Of a stretch of DNA of 64,000 nt, positions 36,990-47,121 are shown piece by piece. Source of the stretch: Escherichia coli (GTDB lineage: Bacteria > Pseudomonadota > Gammaproteobacteria > Enterobacterales > Enterobacteriaceae); the NCBI RefSeq assembly GCF_041886205.1, contig NZ_CP169029.1; one strand, 5' to 3'. The translations under genes and the position numbers were made by a program. A model generated the notes under the pieces. That model saw nothing but the letters and a program-made list of their open reading frames with translations, made no database searches and had not been told where the DNA came from. Position 1 is the first letter of the stretch; the number at the start of each line of letters is the position of its first letter.

Positions 36990-38351
36990 GTGGAAAAAGA
37001 AAATATCACCCTCGATCCGCGTTCTTCATTTACTCCATCTTCGTCGGCAGATATTCCCGTGCCACCAGATGGATTAGTTCAACGCAGTACCCGAATTAAA
37101 CGCATTCAAACCACCGCCATGTTGTTATTATTTTTTGCGGCGGTAATCAATTATCTCGACCGCAGTTCGCTGTCGGTAGCAAATTTAACGATTCGTGAAG
37201 AATTGGGATTAAGTGCCACCGAAATCGGCGCTTTGCTCTCCGTGTTTTCACTCGCTTACGGCATTGCGCAACTTCCTTGCGGCCCACTATTGGATCGTAA
37301 AGGCCCACGCCTGATGCTGGGACTGGGGATGTTCTTCTGGTCACTGTTCCAGGCCATGTCTGGCATGGTGCACAGCTTTACGCAGTTCGTGTTGGTGCGT
37401 ATCGGTATGGGGATTGGTGAAGCGCCGATGAACCCATGCGGTGTAAAAGTCATTAACGACTGGTTCAACATCAAAGAGCGCGGACGCCCGATGGGCTTCT
37501 TCAACGCAGCTTCTACCATTGGCGTTGCCGTAAGCCCACCGATTCTGGCGGCGATGATGCTGGTGATGGGCTGGCGCGGGATGTTTATTACCATTGGTGT
37601 ACTGGGGATTTTTCTCGCCATCGGCTGGTATATGCTCTATCGCAACCGCGAGCACGTAGAACTGACTGCCGTTGAACAAGCTTATCTCAATGCAGGTAGC
37701 GTCAATGCCCGCCGAGATCCGCTCAGTTTTGCCGAATGGCGCAGCTTGTTCCGTAACCGCACAATGTGGGGAATGATGCTCGGATTCAGTGGCATCAACT
37801 ACACTGCGTGGCTGTATCTGGCCTGGCTTCCTGGTTACCTGCAAACAGCCTATAACCTGGATTTAAAAAGCACAGGGTTGATGGCGGCTATCCCTTTCCT
37901 GTTTGGGGCTGCCGGGATGCTGGTCAACGGTTACGTTACCGACTGGCTGGTCAAAGGGGGAATGGCTCCGATTAAAAGCCGTAAGATCTGCATTATTGCC
38001 GGGATGTTCTGTTCTGCCGCCTTTACGCTGATAGTACCACAAGCGACAACATCCATGACGGCGGTTCTGCTGATTGGCATGGCACTGTTCTGTATTCACT
38101 TTGCCGGAACATCCTGCTGGGGCTTGATCCACGTCGCAGTTGCTTCTCGCATGACTGCGTCGGTGGGCAGTATCCAGAACTTTGCCAGCTTCATCTGCGC
38201 CTCTTTCGCGCCGATCATTACTGGTTTTATTGTTGATACCACCCACTCATTCCGTCTGGCACTAATCATCTGCGGTTGCGTCACCGCAGCGGGGGCACTG
38301 GCGTACATCTTCCTGGTTCGTCAGCCGATCAACGACCCACGTAAAGATTAA
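36990..38351 (+). CDS. lgoT: MFS L-galactonate transporter
   Basis: 453-aa ORF with 12-TM hydropathy; GTG start. Confidence 0.85.
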   Translation: MEKENITLDPRSSFTPSSSADIPVPPDGLVQRSTRIKRIQTTAMLLLFFAAVINYLDRSSLSVANLTIREELGLSATEIGALLSVFSLAYGIAQLPCGPLLDRKGPRLMLGLGMFFWSLFQAMSGMVHSFTQFVLVRIGMGIGEAPMNPCGVKVINDWFNIKERGRPMGFFNAASTIGVAVSPPILAAMMLVMGWRGMFITIGVLGIFLAIGWYMLYRNREHVELTAVEQAYLNAGSVNARRDPLSFAEWRSLFRNRTMWGMMLGFSGINYTAWLYLAWLPGYLQTAYNLDLKSTGLMAAIPFLFGAAGMLVNGYVTDWLVKGGMAPIKSRKICIIAGMFCSAAFTLIVPQATTSMTAVLLIGMALFCIHFAGTSCWGLIHVAVASRMTASVGSIQNFASFICASFAPIITGFIVDTTHSFRLALIICGCVTAAGALAYIFLVRQPINDPRKD

Positions 38352-38399
38352 TCTCCCTATGCCCGATAACATTTTGCTTATCGGGCATTTTTATGGCGA

Positions 38400-40064
38400 T
38401 TAAAACGTTTCCCAGTTCTCACCGCTATCTGCCACGGCCATTTTACGCGGCGCAGCTGGCATCACGGTTTTTACCACAGCCGATGTTTCACGCTGCTGTT
38501 GCTGCTGTTGCTGAATCCGGAACACTGCCACAGCTTCGGTCAGGCGACTGGCCTGCTCTTCCAGCGCGGCGGCGGCAGCGGCAGACTCTTCCACCAACGC
38601 GGCGTTCTGTTGAGTTACCCGGTCCATCTCAGCAACCGCTAAGCCAACCTGATCGATACCGCGGCTCTGCTCATCAGAAGCAGAAGCAATTTCGCCCATA
38701 ATGTCCGTCACGCGGGTCACGGCGCTGACAATCTCCGCCATTGTTTCCCCGGCGCTTTCGACCAGCGTAGAGCCAACATCCACTTTCCCCACCGAGTCTT
38801 CAATCAGGCTTTTAATTTCACGAGCCGCCTGGGCGCTGCGCTGGGCCAGATTACGCACTTCACCCGCGACCACCGCAAAACCGCGCCCTTGCTCACCCGC
38901 ACGCGCAGCCTCAACCGCCGCGTTCAAAGCCAGAATATTGGTCTGGAAGGCAATGCCGTCAATTACGCTGATAATATCGGCGATTTTCTGCGAACTGGTG
39001 GAAATATCGCGCATAGTCTGCACCACGTTATCTACCACTTTGCCGCCGCGTTGCGCCGTTTCAGAAGCACTTAACGCCAGGTGGCTGGCCTGGCGCGCAT
39101 TCTCGGCGTTCTGTTTCACCGTTGCGGTCAGTTGCTCCATGCTGGCTGCCGTCTCTTCCAGCGAAGCGGCCTGTTGCTCGGTGCGCGAAGAGAGATCGTT
39201 ATTGCCGGTGGCGATTTCGCTGGCACCGCTATAGATGGCATTGGCCCCGTTGCGCACATCACCGACGGTACGCATCAGCTCTCCCTGCATATGGCGCAAA
39301 CTCTCTGCCAGTTGCCCCATCTCATTAGAGCCATCCACCTCAATCGGTTTCACCAGATCGCCGCCTGCAATATGACGAATGCTGTCAATCAGGCGATTCA
39401 TTGGCGCTACCAGCGAGGCTTTAATACCGAACCAGACGGCGAAGATGACCGCCAGTACGACGATCATCACGCCCACCAGAATCCACATCGCCTGGCTGTA
39501 GGAGGCATTGTTATCGCTGACGGCGATATCATAGAGCCGATCGTTTTGCTCCATGTAAGCCACATACTGCTTCTCGAAACCGTCCTGATATCCCTGGGTC
39601 GGCTGATCAAAGAACTCGTTGATTTTGCCTGCACCTAACAGTTGGATCAGCTCCGCCAGCGCATTGTGATAAATATCGTAATTACGTTTGATCTCTGCCG
39701 CTGCGGCGGTGCTCTGACGCGGGTCACGCGGCAACGCTTCGTAATCCGCCCAGTTTTTTTCCGCCTGTTTCAGCGAAATACTGGCACTCTGCATCAGCTC
39801 AGCAACGGTTGAACCGCTACCAATATTATTCTGATCCATCATGTAGCGGATACCCGCGCGGTTGAGGGTGTTACGCGTCTGCAACAACGCGACCCAGCTG
39901 CCATTCAGCGTGGATTGCTGCTGGCGAATGGTTTGTAAAACAGTGAAATTTTCTTTGTCATTCTTTAAGGCATTAAAGAACAGACCGCCTGATGTCAGTT
40001 GTAAAAGGCCAAAAACGGCCAAAACCAGCAGTAAGCTGGTCACGATCTTGATACGTTTTAACAT
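38400..40064 (-). CDS. tsr: methyl-accepting chemotaxis protein I (serine chemoreceptor) Tsr
   Basis: 554-aa [37 protein letters not shown]... with HAMP and MCP signalling domain and C-terminal NWETF; carries a longer poly-Gln run (Q7) than I remember for K-12. Confidence 0.92.
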   Translation of the reverse strand: MLKRIKIVTSLLLVLAVFGLLQLTSGGLFFNALKNDKENFTVLQTIRQQQSTLNGSWVALLQTRNTLNRAGIRYMMDQNNIGSGSTVAELMQSASISLKQAEKNWADYEALPRDPRQSTAAAAEIKRNYDIYHNALAELIQLLGAGKINEFFDQPTQGYQDGFEKQYVAYMEQNDRLYDIAVSDNNASYSQAMWILVGVMIVVLAVIFAVWFGIKASLVAPMNRLIDSIRHIAGGDLVKPIEVDGSNEMGQLAESLRHMQGELMRTVGDVRNGANAIYSGASEIATGNNDLSSRTEQQAASLEETAASMEQLTATVKQNAENARQASHLALSASETAQRGGKVVDNVVQTMRDISTSSQKIADIISVIDGIAFQTNILALNAAVEAARAGEQGRGFAVVAGEVRNLAQRSAQAAREIKSLIEDSVGKVDVGSTLVESAGETMAEIVSAVTRVTDIMGEIASASDEQSRGIDQVGLAVAEMDRVTQQNAALVEESAAAAAALEEQASRLTEAVAVFRIQQQQQQQRETSAVVKTVMPAAPRKMAVADSGENWETF

Positions 40065-40095
40065 GGTTTCTCTTTCCTGTGGACCGACATCAGGA

Positions 40096-40122
40096 TTTTC
40101 GGCCTGAAATGAGAAAACTTTA
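40096..40122 (-). promoter_or_regulatory. sigma28 (FliA)-type promoter of tsr
   Basis: On the minus strand TAAAG-N15-GCCGAAAA matches class III flagellar promoter consensus TAAA-N15-GCCGATAA about 30-60 bp upstream of the tsr start. Confidence 0.55.
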
Positions 40123-40292
40123 TAGGTAGCGACTTGAAACTGGTTAATTTTACCTCACTTTTTTAATTTTTGTTCAAAAATACAATAACCACTTATTGAT
40201 ACATTTTCTTTTCTTATTTTTTTCACACGAATTGTATCTATTTTGAACGAAATATTTTATAGAGTGTGGAATTTTAAGAAAGGACATCTGAA

Positions 40293-40835
40293 ATGTTAAA
40301 CCGTGACTTCGATCATCTCTCAACGCTATTACATCTCTTTTTTGAACGTGAGGATATTTGCCAAAAGCTTAATATTATTGACCAAAACAATATCACCGGT
40401 TGGGAAGTGTGGTTCCAGGTAGAATTTGCTAATATGCTCTGCTCAACAGACCATGAATGGTGGCGTGAACAGGCACTTTCCTGTGATATGCGCAAAAAAC
40501 CTGAACGCCCGACACTACGCACAGATTTCTTACTACGTAAAAAAGGCTGGGCGCAAGATAGCTATATCGCGCTTGAAATAAAACAAAACAGTGACGCGAC
40601 CAGTTGTGTTAAAAATATGATCGCAGACTTAGAAAAAAGCGCCAAAATCAAACGTTCAGAACTCGAGTTACGCAGTTTCTGGACCCTGGGTATCACCCCT
40701 GTGATAGACAGAGAAAGGCTGGATTCTCTCATCGATTGCTATTTAGATGAGAAATTTTATCTTACTAAATCTCGTAAAAAACACGTTTTACTTAAAGAAA
40801 TAAATAATACACCATATTCCTATATTGTTATTTAA
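40293..40835 (+). CDS. hypothetical 180-aa protein with PD-(D/E)xK-like motif (D..ExK: RTDFLL ... YIALEIKQ); AT-rich orphan
   Basis: Intact ATG ORF in an AT-rich (roughly 38-40% GC) segment between divergent tsr and btsT; no recognised family from memory. Confidence 0.4.
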   Translation: MLNRDFDHLSTLLHLFFEREDICQKLNIIDQNNITGWEVWFQVEFANMLCSTDHEWWREQALSCDMRKKPERPTLRTDFLLRKKGWAQDSYIALEIKQNSDATSCVKNMIADLEKSAKIKRSELELRSFWTLGITPVIDRERLDSLIDCYLDEKFYLTKSRKKHVLLKEINNTPYSYIVI

Positions 40836-40943
40836 TATTTATAGCATGAATATAATTTTTATATGAGTTACACAACCGAGGGCTAAAAATCGCTTCGGTT
40901 GTGATCATCATCACATAAATAACCTTCATAAACCTTGCTCAAA

Positions 40944-40992
40944 ACCGCTCAACCGCAAAACTGACCGCTTACGTCCCTAAAATAACCACTCA
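40944..40992 (+). promoter_or_regulatory. BtsR (YehT, LytTR) binding site: three direct repeats ACCGCTCA / ACCGCTTA / ACCACTCA spaced 12-13 bp
   Basis: Matches the ACC(G/A)CT(C/T)A direct-repeat motif described for the yjiY (btsT) promoter; about 140 bp upstream of btsT. Confidence 0.5.
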
Positions 40993-41127
40993 GTTATTTA
41001 CCTTACTTTACGCGCGCGTAACTCTGGCAACATCACTGCAGGATAGCGGTCAATTTACCTCCTCAAACGCAACGCAAACCTAGAACGGCTTCGGCCAACG
41101 ATTAATCAATACATGCCAGGTTTTACT

Positions 41128-43278
41128 ATGGATACTAAAAAGATATTCAAGCACATACCCTGGGTGATTCTCGGAATCATCGGTGCATTCTGCCTCGCGG
41201 TAGTTGCATTACGTCGGGGGGAGCACGTCAGCGCCCTGTGGATCGTGGTCGCCTCTGTGTCGGTGTATCTGGTGGCGTATCGCTACTACAGTCTGTACAT
41301 CGCCCAGAAGGTGATGAAACTCGACCCCACGCGCGCGACGCCTGCGGTTATTAACAACGACGGTCTGAACTACGTTCCGACCAACCGTTACGTGTTGTTT
41401 GGTCACCACTTCGCCGCTATCGCCGGTGCTGGTCCGCTGGTCGGTCCGGTTCTCGCCGCACAGATGGGCTACCTGCCTGGCACGCTGTGGCTGCTGGCGG
41501 GGGTAGTACTGGCCGGTGCGGTTCAGGACTTTATGGTGCTGTTTATCTCCTCTCGCCGTAACGGCGCATCTCTCGGTGAGATGATCAAAGAAGAGATGGG
41601 GCCAGTTCCGGGGACTATCGCGCTGTTTGGCTGTTTCTTAATCATGATCATCATCCTCGCCGTTCTGGCGCTGATTGTGGTTAAAGCCCTGGCCGAAAGT
41701 CCGTGGGGTGTCTTCACCGTTTGCTCAACCGTACCGATTGCGCTGTTTATGGGTATCTACATGCGCTTTATCCGTCCGGGGCGTGTGGGTGAAGTCTCTG
41801 TCATTGGTATCGTGCTGCTGGTTGCCTCTATCTACTTCGGTGGCGTGATTGCTCACGATCCGTACTGGGGTCCGGCACTGACCTTTAAAGACACCACCAT
41901 TACCTTCGCGCTGATTGGCTATGCGTTTGTTTCCGCACTGCTGCCGGTGTGGCTGATCCTCGCACCGCGCGACTATCTGGCAACCTTCCTGAAAATCGGC
42001 GTTATCGTCGGCCTGGCGCTGGGTATCGTGGTGCTGAACCCGGAACTGAAAATGCCTGCGATGACCCAGTACATTGACGGTACTGGCCCGCTATGGAAAG
42101 GCGCTCTGTTCCCGTTCCTGTTCATCACCATCGCCTGTGGTGCGGTATCTGGCTTCCACGCGCTGATCTCTTCCGGTACGACGCCGAAACTGCTGGCTAA
42201 TGAAACCGACGCGCGTTTCATTGGCTACGGCGCAATGCTGATGGAGTCCTTCGTGGCGATTATGGCGCTGGTTGCTGCATCCATCATCGAACCGGGTCTT
42301 TACTTCGCGATGAATACCCCGCCTGCTGGCCTTGGCATCACCATGCCTAACCTGCATGAAATGGGTGGCGAGAACGCGCCGATCATCATGGCGCAGCTGA
42401 AAGACGTTACCGCACACGCGGCAGCGACAGTCAGCTCCTGGGGCTTCGTGATTTCGCCAGAGCAGATCCTGCAAACCGCGAAAGACATTGGTGAGCCTTC
42501 TGTCCTGAACCGTGCAGGTGGTGCGCCGACGCTGGCGGTAGGTATCGCTCACGTGTTCCACAAAGTGCTGCCGATGGCTGACATGGGCTTCTGGTATCAC
42601 TTCGGTATTCTGTTCGAAGCCCTGTTCATCCTGACCGCGCTGGATGCGGGTACTCGTTCTGGCCGCTTTATGCTGCAAGACCTGCTGGGTAACTTCATCC
42701 CGTTCCTGAAAAAAACCGACTCTCTGGTTGCCGGTATCATCGGTACTGCGGGCTGTGTGGGTCTGTGGGGCTACCTGCTGTATCAGGGCGTGGTCGATCC
42801 GCTGGGCGGCGTTAAGAGCCTGTGGCCGCTGTTCGGTATTTCCAACCAGATGCTGGCAGCCGTAGCGCTGGTACTGGGCACCGTTGTGCTGATTAAGATG
42901 AAGCGCACCCAATACATCTGGGTAACTGTTGTTCCGGCTGTATGGCTGCTTATCTGCACCACCTGGGCGCTGGGTCTGAAACTGTTCAGCACCAACCCGC
43001 AGATGGAAGGCTTCTTCTACATGGCAAGCCAGTACAAAGAGAAGATTGCTAACGGTACTGACCTGACGGCGCAGCAGATTGCCAACATGAACCACATCGT
43101 TGTGAACAACTACACCAACGCGGGCCTGAGTATTCTGTTCCTGATTGTGGTGTACAGCATCATCTTCTACGGTTTCAAAACCTGGCTTGCGGTGCGTAAC
43201 AGCGACAAACGTACTGACAAAGAAACACCGTACGTTCCAATCCCGGAAGGCGGCGTGAAGATCTCTTCGCACCACTAA
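41128..43278 (+). CDS. btsT: pyruvate/H+ symporter BtsT (CstA family)
   Basis: Translation MDTKKIFKHIPWVILGIIGAFCLAVVALRRG... (716 aa), polytopic membrane protein; start trimmed to ATG at 41128. Confidence 0.92.
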   Translation: MDTKKIFKHIPWVILGIIGAFCLAVVALRRGEHVSALWIVVASVSVYLVAYRYYSLYIAQKVMKLDPTRATPAVINNDGLNYVPTNRYVLFGHHFAAIAGAGPLVGPVLAAQMGYLPGTLWLLAGVVLAGAVQDFMVLFISSRRNGASLGEMIKEEMGPVPGTIALFGCFLIMIIILAVLALIVVKALAESPWGVFTVCSTVPIALFMGIYMRFIRPGRVGEVSVIGIVLLVASIYFGGVIAHDPYWGPALTFKDTTITFALIGYAFVSALLPVWLILAPRDYLATFLKIGVIVGLALGIVVLNPELKMPAMTQYIDGTGPLWKGALFPFLFITIACGAVSGFHALISSGTTPKLLANETDARFIGYGAMLMESFVAIMALVAASIIEPGLYFAMNTPPAGLGITMPNLHEMGGENAPIIMAQLKDVTAHAAATVSSWGFVISPEQILQTAKDIGEPSVLNRAGGAPTLAVGIAHVFHKVLPMADMGFWYHFGILFEALFILTALDAGTRSGRFMLQDLLGNFIPFLKKTDSLVAGIIGTAGCVGLWGYLLYQGVVDPLGGVKSLWPLFGISNQMLAAVALVLGTVVLIKMKRTQYIWVTVVPAVWLLICTTWALGLKLFSTNPQMEGFFYMASQYKEKIANGTDLTAQQIANMNHIVVNNYTNAGLSILFLIVVYSIIFYGFKTWLAVRNSDKRTDKETPYVPIPEGGVKISSHH

Positions 43279-43327
43279 CCGTGTTTAGCCCCGCTTCGGC
43301 GGGGCTTTGTTCTTATCAGAGTGAACT

Positions 43328-43531
43328 ATGTTTGGTAACTTAGGACAGGCAAAAAAATATCTCGGCCAGGCGGCGAAGATGTTGATTGGCATTCCAGACT
43401 ACGACAACTACGTCGAGCATATGAAGACCAACCATCCCGACAAACCGTACATGAGCTATGAAGAATTCTTCCGCGAACGCCAGAACGCGCGCTACGGCGG
43501 CGATGGTAAAGGCGGTATGCGCTGTTGTTAA
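43328..43531 (+). CDS. yjiX: small protein YjiX (DUF466)
   Basis: 67-aa [51 protein letters not shown]... Confidence 0.85.
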
Positions 43532-43541
43532 TGGAGAGAGC

Positions 43542-44498
43542 ATGAACCCGATTGCAGTTACCCTACTCACCGGTTTTTTAGGCGCGGGAAAAACCACCCT
43601 GCTGCGCCATATTCTTAATGAACAACACGGCTACAAGATTGCCGTGATTGAAAACGAATTCGGCGAAATCTCCGTTGATGATCAATTGATTGGTGATCGC
43701 GCAACGCAGATCAAAACGCTGACCAACGGCTGCATCTGCTGTTCGCGCTCCAACGAGCTGGAGGACGCGCTACTCGACCTGCTGGATAATCTCGACAAGG
43801 GCAATATTCAGTTCGATCGTCTGGTCATTGAATGCACCGGCATGGCCGATCCCGGCCCGATTATTCAGACCTTTTTCTCCCATGAGATTTTATGCCAGCG
43901 CTACCTGCTGGACGGCGTGATTGCGCTGGTGGATGCGGTACATGCCGATGAGCAGATGAACCAGTTCACCATCGCCCAGTCACAGGTTGGCTACGCCGAC
44001 CGTATTCTGCTGACTAAAACCGACGTCGCAGGCGAAGCAGAAAAACTGCGTGAACGCCTGGCGCGCATCAACGCCCGTGCACCGGTCTACACCGTTACCC
44101 ACGGCGACATCGACCTGGGCCTGCTGTTCAACACCAACGGTTTTATGCTGGAAGAAAACGTCGTCAGCACCAAACCGCGTTTCCACTTTATCGCGGATAA
44201 ACAAAACGATATTTCGTCGATTGTGGTGGAACTGGATTACCCGGTAGATATCAGCGAAGTTTCCCGGGTGATGGAAAACCTGCTGCTGGAATCGGCGGAT
44301 AAACTGCTGCGTTACAAAGGGATGCTGTGGATTGACGGCGAACCTAACCGCCTGCTGTTCCAGGGCGTCCAGCGCCTCTACAGCGCCGACTGGGACAGGC
44401 CATGGGGCGATGAAAAACCGCATAGCACGATGGTGTTTATCGGGATTCAGTTGCCGGAGGATGAGATTCGGGCAGCGTTTGCGGGGTTGAGGAAGTAA
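43542..44498 (+). CDS. yjiA: COG0523-family GTPase YjiA (metal chaperone-like)
   Basis: Translation MNPIAVTLLTGFLGAGKTTLLRHILNEQHGYKIAVIENEFGE... with CxCC motif GCICC (318 aa); start trimmed to ATG at 43542. Confidence 0.9.
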   Translation: MNPIAVTLLTGFLGAGKTTLLRHILNEQHGYKIAVIENEFGEISVDDQLIGDRATQIKTLTNGCICCSRSNELEDALLDLLDNLDKGNIQFDRLVIECTGMADPGPIIQTFFSHEILCQRYLLDGVIALVDAVHADEQMNQFTIAQSQVGYADRILLTKTDVAGEAEKLRERLARINARAPVYTVTHGDIDLGLLFNTNGFMLEENVVSTKPRFHFIADKQNDISSIVVELDYPVDISEVSRVMENLLLESADKLLRYKGMLWIDGEPNRLLFQGVQRLYSADWDRPWGDEKPHSTMVFIGIQLPEDEIRAAFAGLRK

Positions 44499-44832
44499 TT
44501 ACCTTAACCTACTCATACGAAGCGGACGAGGATAAAATCCTATCATTTTCCGTTCGCTTCATTATTTTATTTTCTTTCCAATGCCCATTCAAATTAAAAA
44601 TATAACTCTGCCATAACTTCCTGAACACAGATGTAATTACATTGCCACCTCTCATACTTTTAAAAACGATCCATATGACAAGTCGTCCTATTGGGGCGTG
44701 ATAGATGTATTAATTTCCAAATATGCAAACATTCTGATACAGTCCCAAAAAGAAAATAATTACCAACCCAGATAATCAGCAAATAAATTAATGACAGTTG
44801 AATTATAATCAACACGAATACAAGAGATTAAC

Positions 44833-46683
44833 ATGGCAACAATAATCCCAACAATCAGTAGCTGCAACGATAAAATTACTGCCGGAGAGAAAAGGCTGGC
44901 AAGAATTCTGGAAAGAGGACTAGGCGAAGAGTGCTGCTGTTGGTATGACATTCCCACGGGTGATAAGCATCTTCACCCAGATTTTATGATACTTTCGCCA
45001 GAAAAAGGCATTATTTTTCTCGAGGTAAAAGATTGGTTTATTACAAAAATAAAAAAAGCCAACAAGTCTAATGTGTGGTATGAGACACAAAATGGCATTC
45101 AATCTTTAAAGAATCCGATAGAACAAGTTAGGCGATATGCTTTCGAAGCTGTAAACCAGTTAAAAAAAGACCCCCTATTGCGCCAACAGGATGATCGTTA
45201 CAATGGCAATCTTCTTTTCCCCTATGGATATGGCGTCTACTTTAGTAATATTACACGAGAAGCATTAAATAATAAATTTACTCAAGAAGAGCTGCTCGGG
45301 ATCTTCCCATCAGATCTCATCATCTGCAAAGACGAACTAAATGAATTCATGTCAAAAGAGGATGTTTCATCTAAAATACATTCGTTAATTAAATATGACT
45401 TCAAATGTCATGCTACACAAGAACAGTTGAACAGGATTAGATGGCACTTATACCCCGATGTCAGAATAGAAAGGGAAAAGAGAAGTAAAAACCGTGATGA
45501 ATTGAGTGTCGATGCACCAACCATCATTTCTATCCTGGATACTCAACAGGAACAACTTGCCAGGAGTATGAGAGATGGCCACCGAATCATTCATGGTGTT
45601 GCAGGTTCAGGGAAGACATTGATCCTCTATCATCGCTGTCAGGAATTAGCGAAAAAAAATGACAGCGAAAAGCCAATACTTGTCATTTGCTACAATATTA
45701 CTTTAGCCAAAAAACTTCGGTCGATGTTCATCAATCATCCCTTTGCAGAGAAAATAAAGGTTAAAAATTTTCATGCATGGTGTTTCCAACAAATTAAAGA
45801 AAACAAGATCACCATTCCAGAAGGGGATAATATTTTTGAAAATATGGAGCAAGCGTTGACTGATGGTTTCAACACAGGAAAAATAAAACCAGAACAATAC
45901 AGCGCTGTATTAATTGATGAAGGACATGATTTTAAGCCCGAATGGTTAAAAATCCTTGCAAAAATGACTGACTCTCAGGACGAGAATTTGCTATTCCTTT
46001 ATGATGATGCTCAGTCAATTTACCAAAAAAAGAAAGCATTAGACTTTACACTGTCCAGCGTAGATATTAAAGCGACAGGGCGCACAACTATTCTTAATAT
46101 AAATTATAGAAACACACAGCAAATCCTACACTTTGCCAGTTGCATTGCATTTAATTATCTTAATAGCCATATCGATAGTTCTTTAACCTATCATAAACCT
46201 GCTGCGGGAGGAATGAATGGCGATTATCCCAACCTTGAACATTTCGACACACAGGACGAAGAAATAGCAAGAGCAGTCAAATGGATTACAGAGCAAAATG
46301 AACAAGGGATTCCGTGGTCTGAAATTGCTATACTAAGTCCATCAACTCATACCCTTTCTAACTCTCTAAGTTCTGTACTTGAATCGAAAAACATCCCCTT
46401 TAATCTTATTGTAAGCTCTGCAGATAAAAAATCCTGGACGCCAGAACAAGAGCGTGTTTCTGTGATGCCATTACCCAGCAGCAAAGGGCTTGAGTTTCAC
46501 TCAGTTGTCATTATTGACGCAGCGAGAACACGGGATAATAGCGATGATTTGAGTGAGGATATAAAGAGACTCTATGTAGGTTTTACCCGAGCACGTTGCA
46601 ATCTCTTGGTAACCTTGCACGGTGAAGGTGCGTTAAATGAGCATCTACTAAAAACCTATGAGCAAAGCCCACAATATATGTAA
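44833..46683 (+). CDS. NERD-like nuclease domain fused to SF1 (UvrD-like) helicase; candidate Nhi-like defence protein
   Basis: 616 aa. N-terminal NERD-like block (GEKRLARILERGLG ... HPDFMILSPEKGIIFLEVKDW); helicase Walker A HGVAGSGKT, Walker B LIDEGHDF, motif VI VGFTRAR. AT-rich (about 35% GC). Occupies the slot where K-12 has mrr-hsdRMS. Confidence 0.75.
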   Translation: MATIIPTISSCNDKITAGEKRLARILERGLGEECCCWYDIPTGDKHLHPDFMILSPEKGIIFLEVKDWFITKIKKANKSNVWYETQNGIQSLKNPIEQVRRYAFEAVNQLKKDPLLRQQDDRYNGNLLFPYGYGVYFSNITREALNNKFTQEELLGIFPSDLIICKDELNEFMSKEDVSSKIHSLIKYDFKCHATQEQLNRIRWHLYPDVRIEREKRSKNRDELSVDAPTIISILDTQQEQLARSMRDGHRIIHGVAGSGKTLILYHRCQELAKKNDSEKPILVICYNITLAKKLRSMFINHPFAEKIKVKNFHAWCFQQIKENKITIPEGDNIFENMEQALTDGFNTGKIKPEQYSAVLIDEGHDFKPEWLKILAKMTDSQDENLLFLYDDAQSIYQKKKALDFTLSSVDIKATGRTTILNINYRNTQQILHFASCIAFNYLNSHIDSSLTYHKPAAGGMNGDYPNLEHFDTQDEEIARAVKWITEQNEQGIPWSEIAILSPSTHTLSNSLSSVLESKNIPFNLIVSSADKKSWTPEQERVSVMPLPSSKGLEFHSVVIIDAARTRDNSDDLSEDIKRLYVGFTRARCNLLVTLHGEGALNEHLLKTYEQSPQYM

Positions 46684-46705
46684 AAATGATAAATGATCTC
46701 CATAA

Positions 46706-46730
46706 CGCCCGGTAACGCGGTACCGGGCGA
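46706..46730 (+). terminator. hairpin downstream of the NERD-helicase gene
   Basis: Inverted repeat GCCCGGTAACGCGGTACCGGGC about 25 bp after the stop codon. Confidence 0.4.
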
Positions 46731-46827
46731 AATGAATGCATATCTAAGATATTAGTCACGCCTGATAGCCGCTACCAAAAACACCATCATCTCCCTCGCA
46801 TCTTTGCGGTGATAAAATCGTACCATT

Positions 46828-47121
46828 TTGCTGTTAAATTCCAGCGCGTTAGCCGCTGGAATTAACAAGATCAGACTTCCGGCAACGAAGAGCCAGTTAT
46901 TACAAAAATTACTGGCAAAAGAGATAAAAAGCATTGTTGACAACACATCGAAATATCCTGACTGGAGTAAACACGATGATATTAAAGCGAAACTGAAAGT
47001 TGAACTTATTCTGCTTCTACACAAGCATAAGTTCCCGTCAGTAGCGAATGATGATGTTTATATGGGTGTGCTGGCACAGGCAGAGAGTTTTAAAGAACAT
47101 CATATGAGTCCTATAAATTAA
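46828..47121 (+). pseudogene. 97-aa remnant ORF; C-terminal part resembles the helical C-terminal region of type I restriction R subunits (from memory)
   Basis: In-frame stops immediately upstream; segment IKAKLKVELILLLHKHKFPSVANDDVYMGVLAQAESFKEH; AT-rich. Family assignment unverified. Confidence 0.3.

Noticed and set aside
42091-43275. 394-aa minus-strand ORF antisense to btsT
   Set aside because: Completely embedded antisense to the btsT membrane-protein gene; Arg/Gln-rich translation typical of an antisense shadow frame.
44760-44957. 65-aa minus-strand ORF overlapping the start of the NERD-helicase gene
   Set aside because: Antisense to the start and promoter region of a much better supported gene; likely spurious.
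46752-47024. 90-aa minus-strand ORF in the AT-rich gap between the NERD-helicase gene and symE
   Set aside because: Overlaps the plus-strand remnant ORF, hydrophobic low-complexity translation, no obvious RBS; judged a chance ORF in AT-rich DNA.
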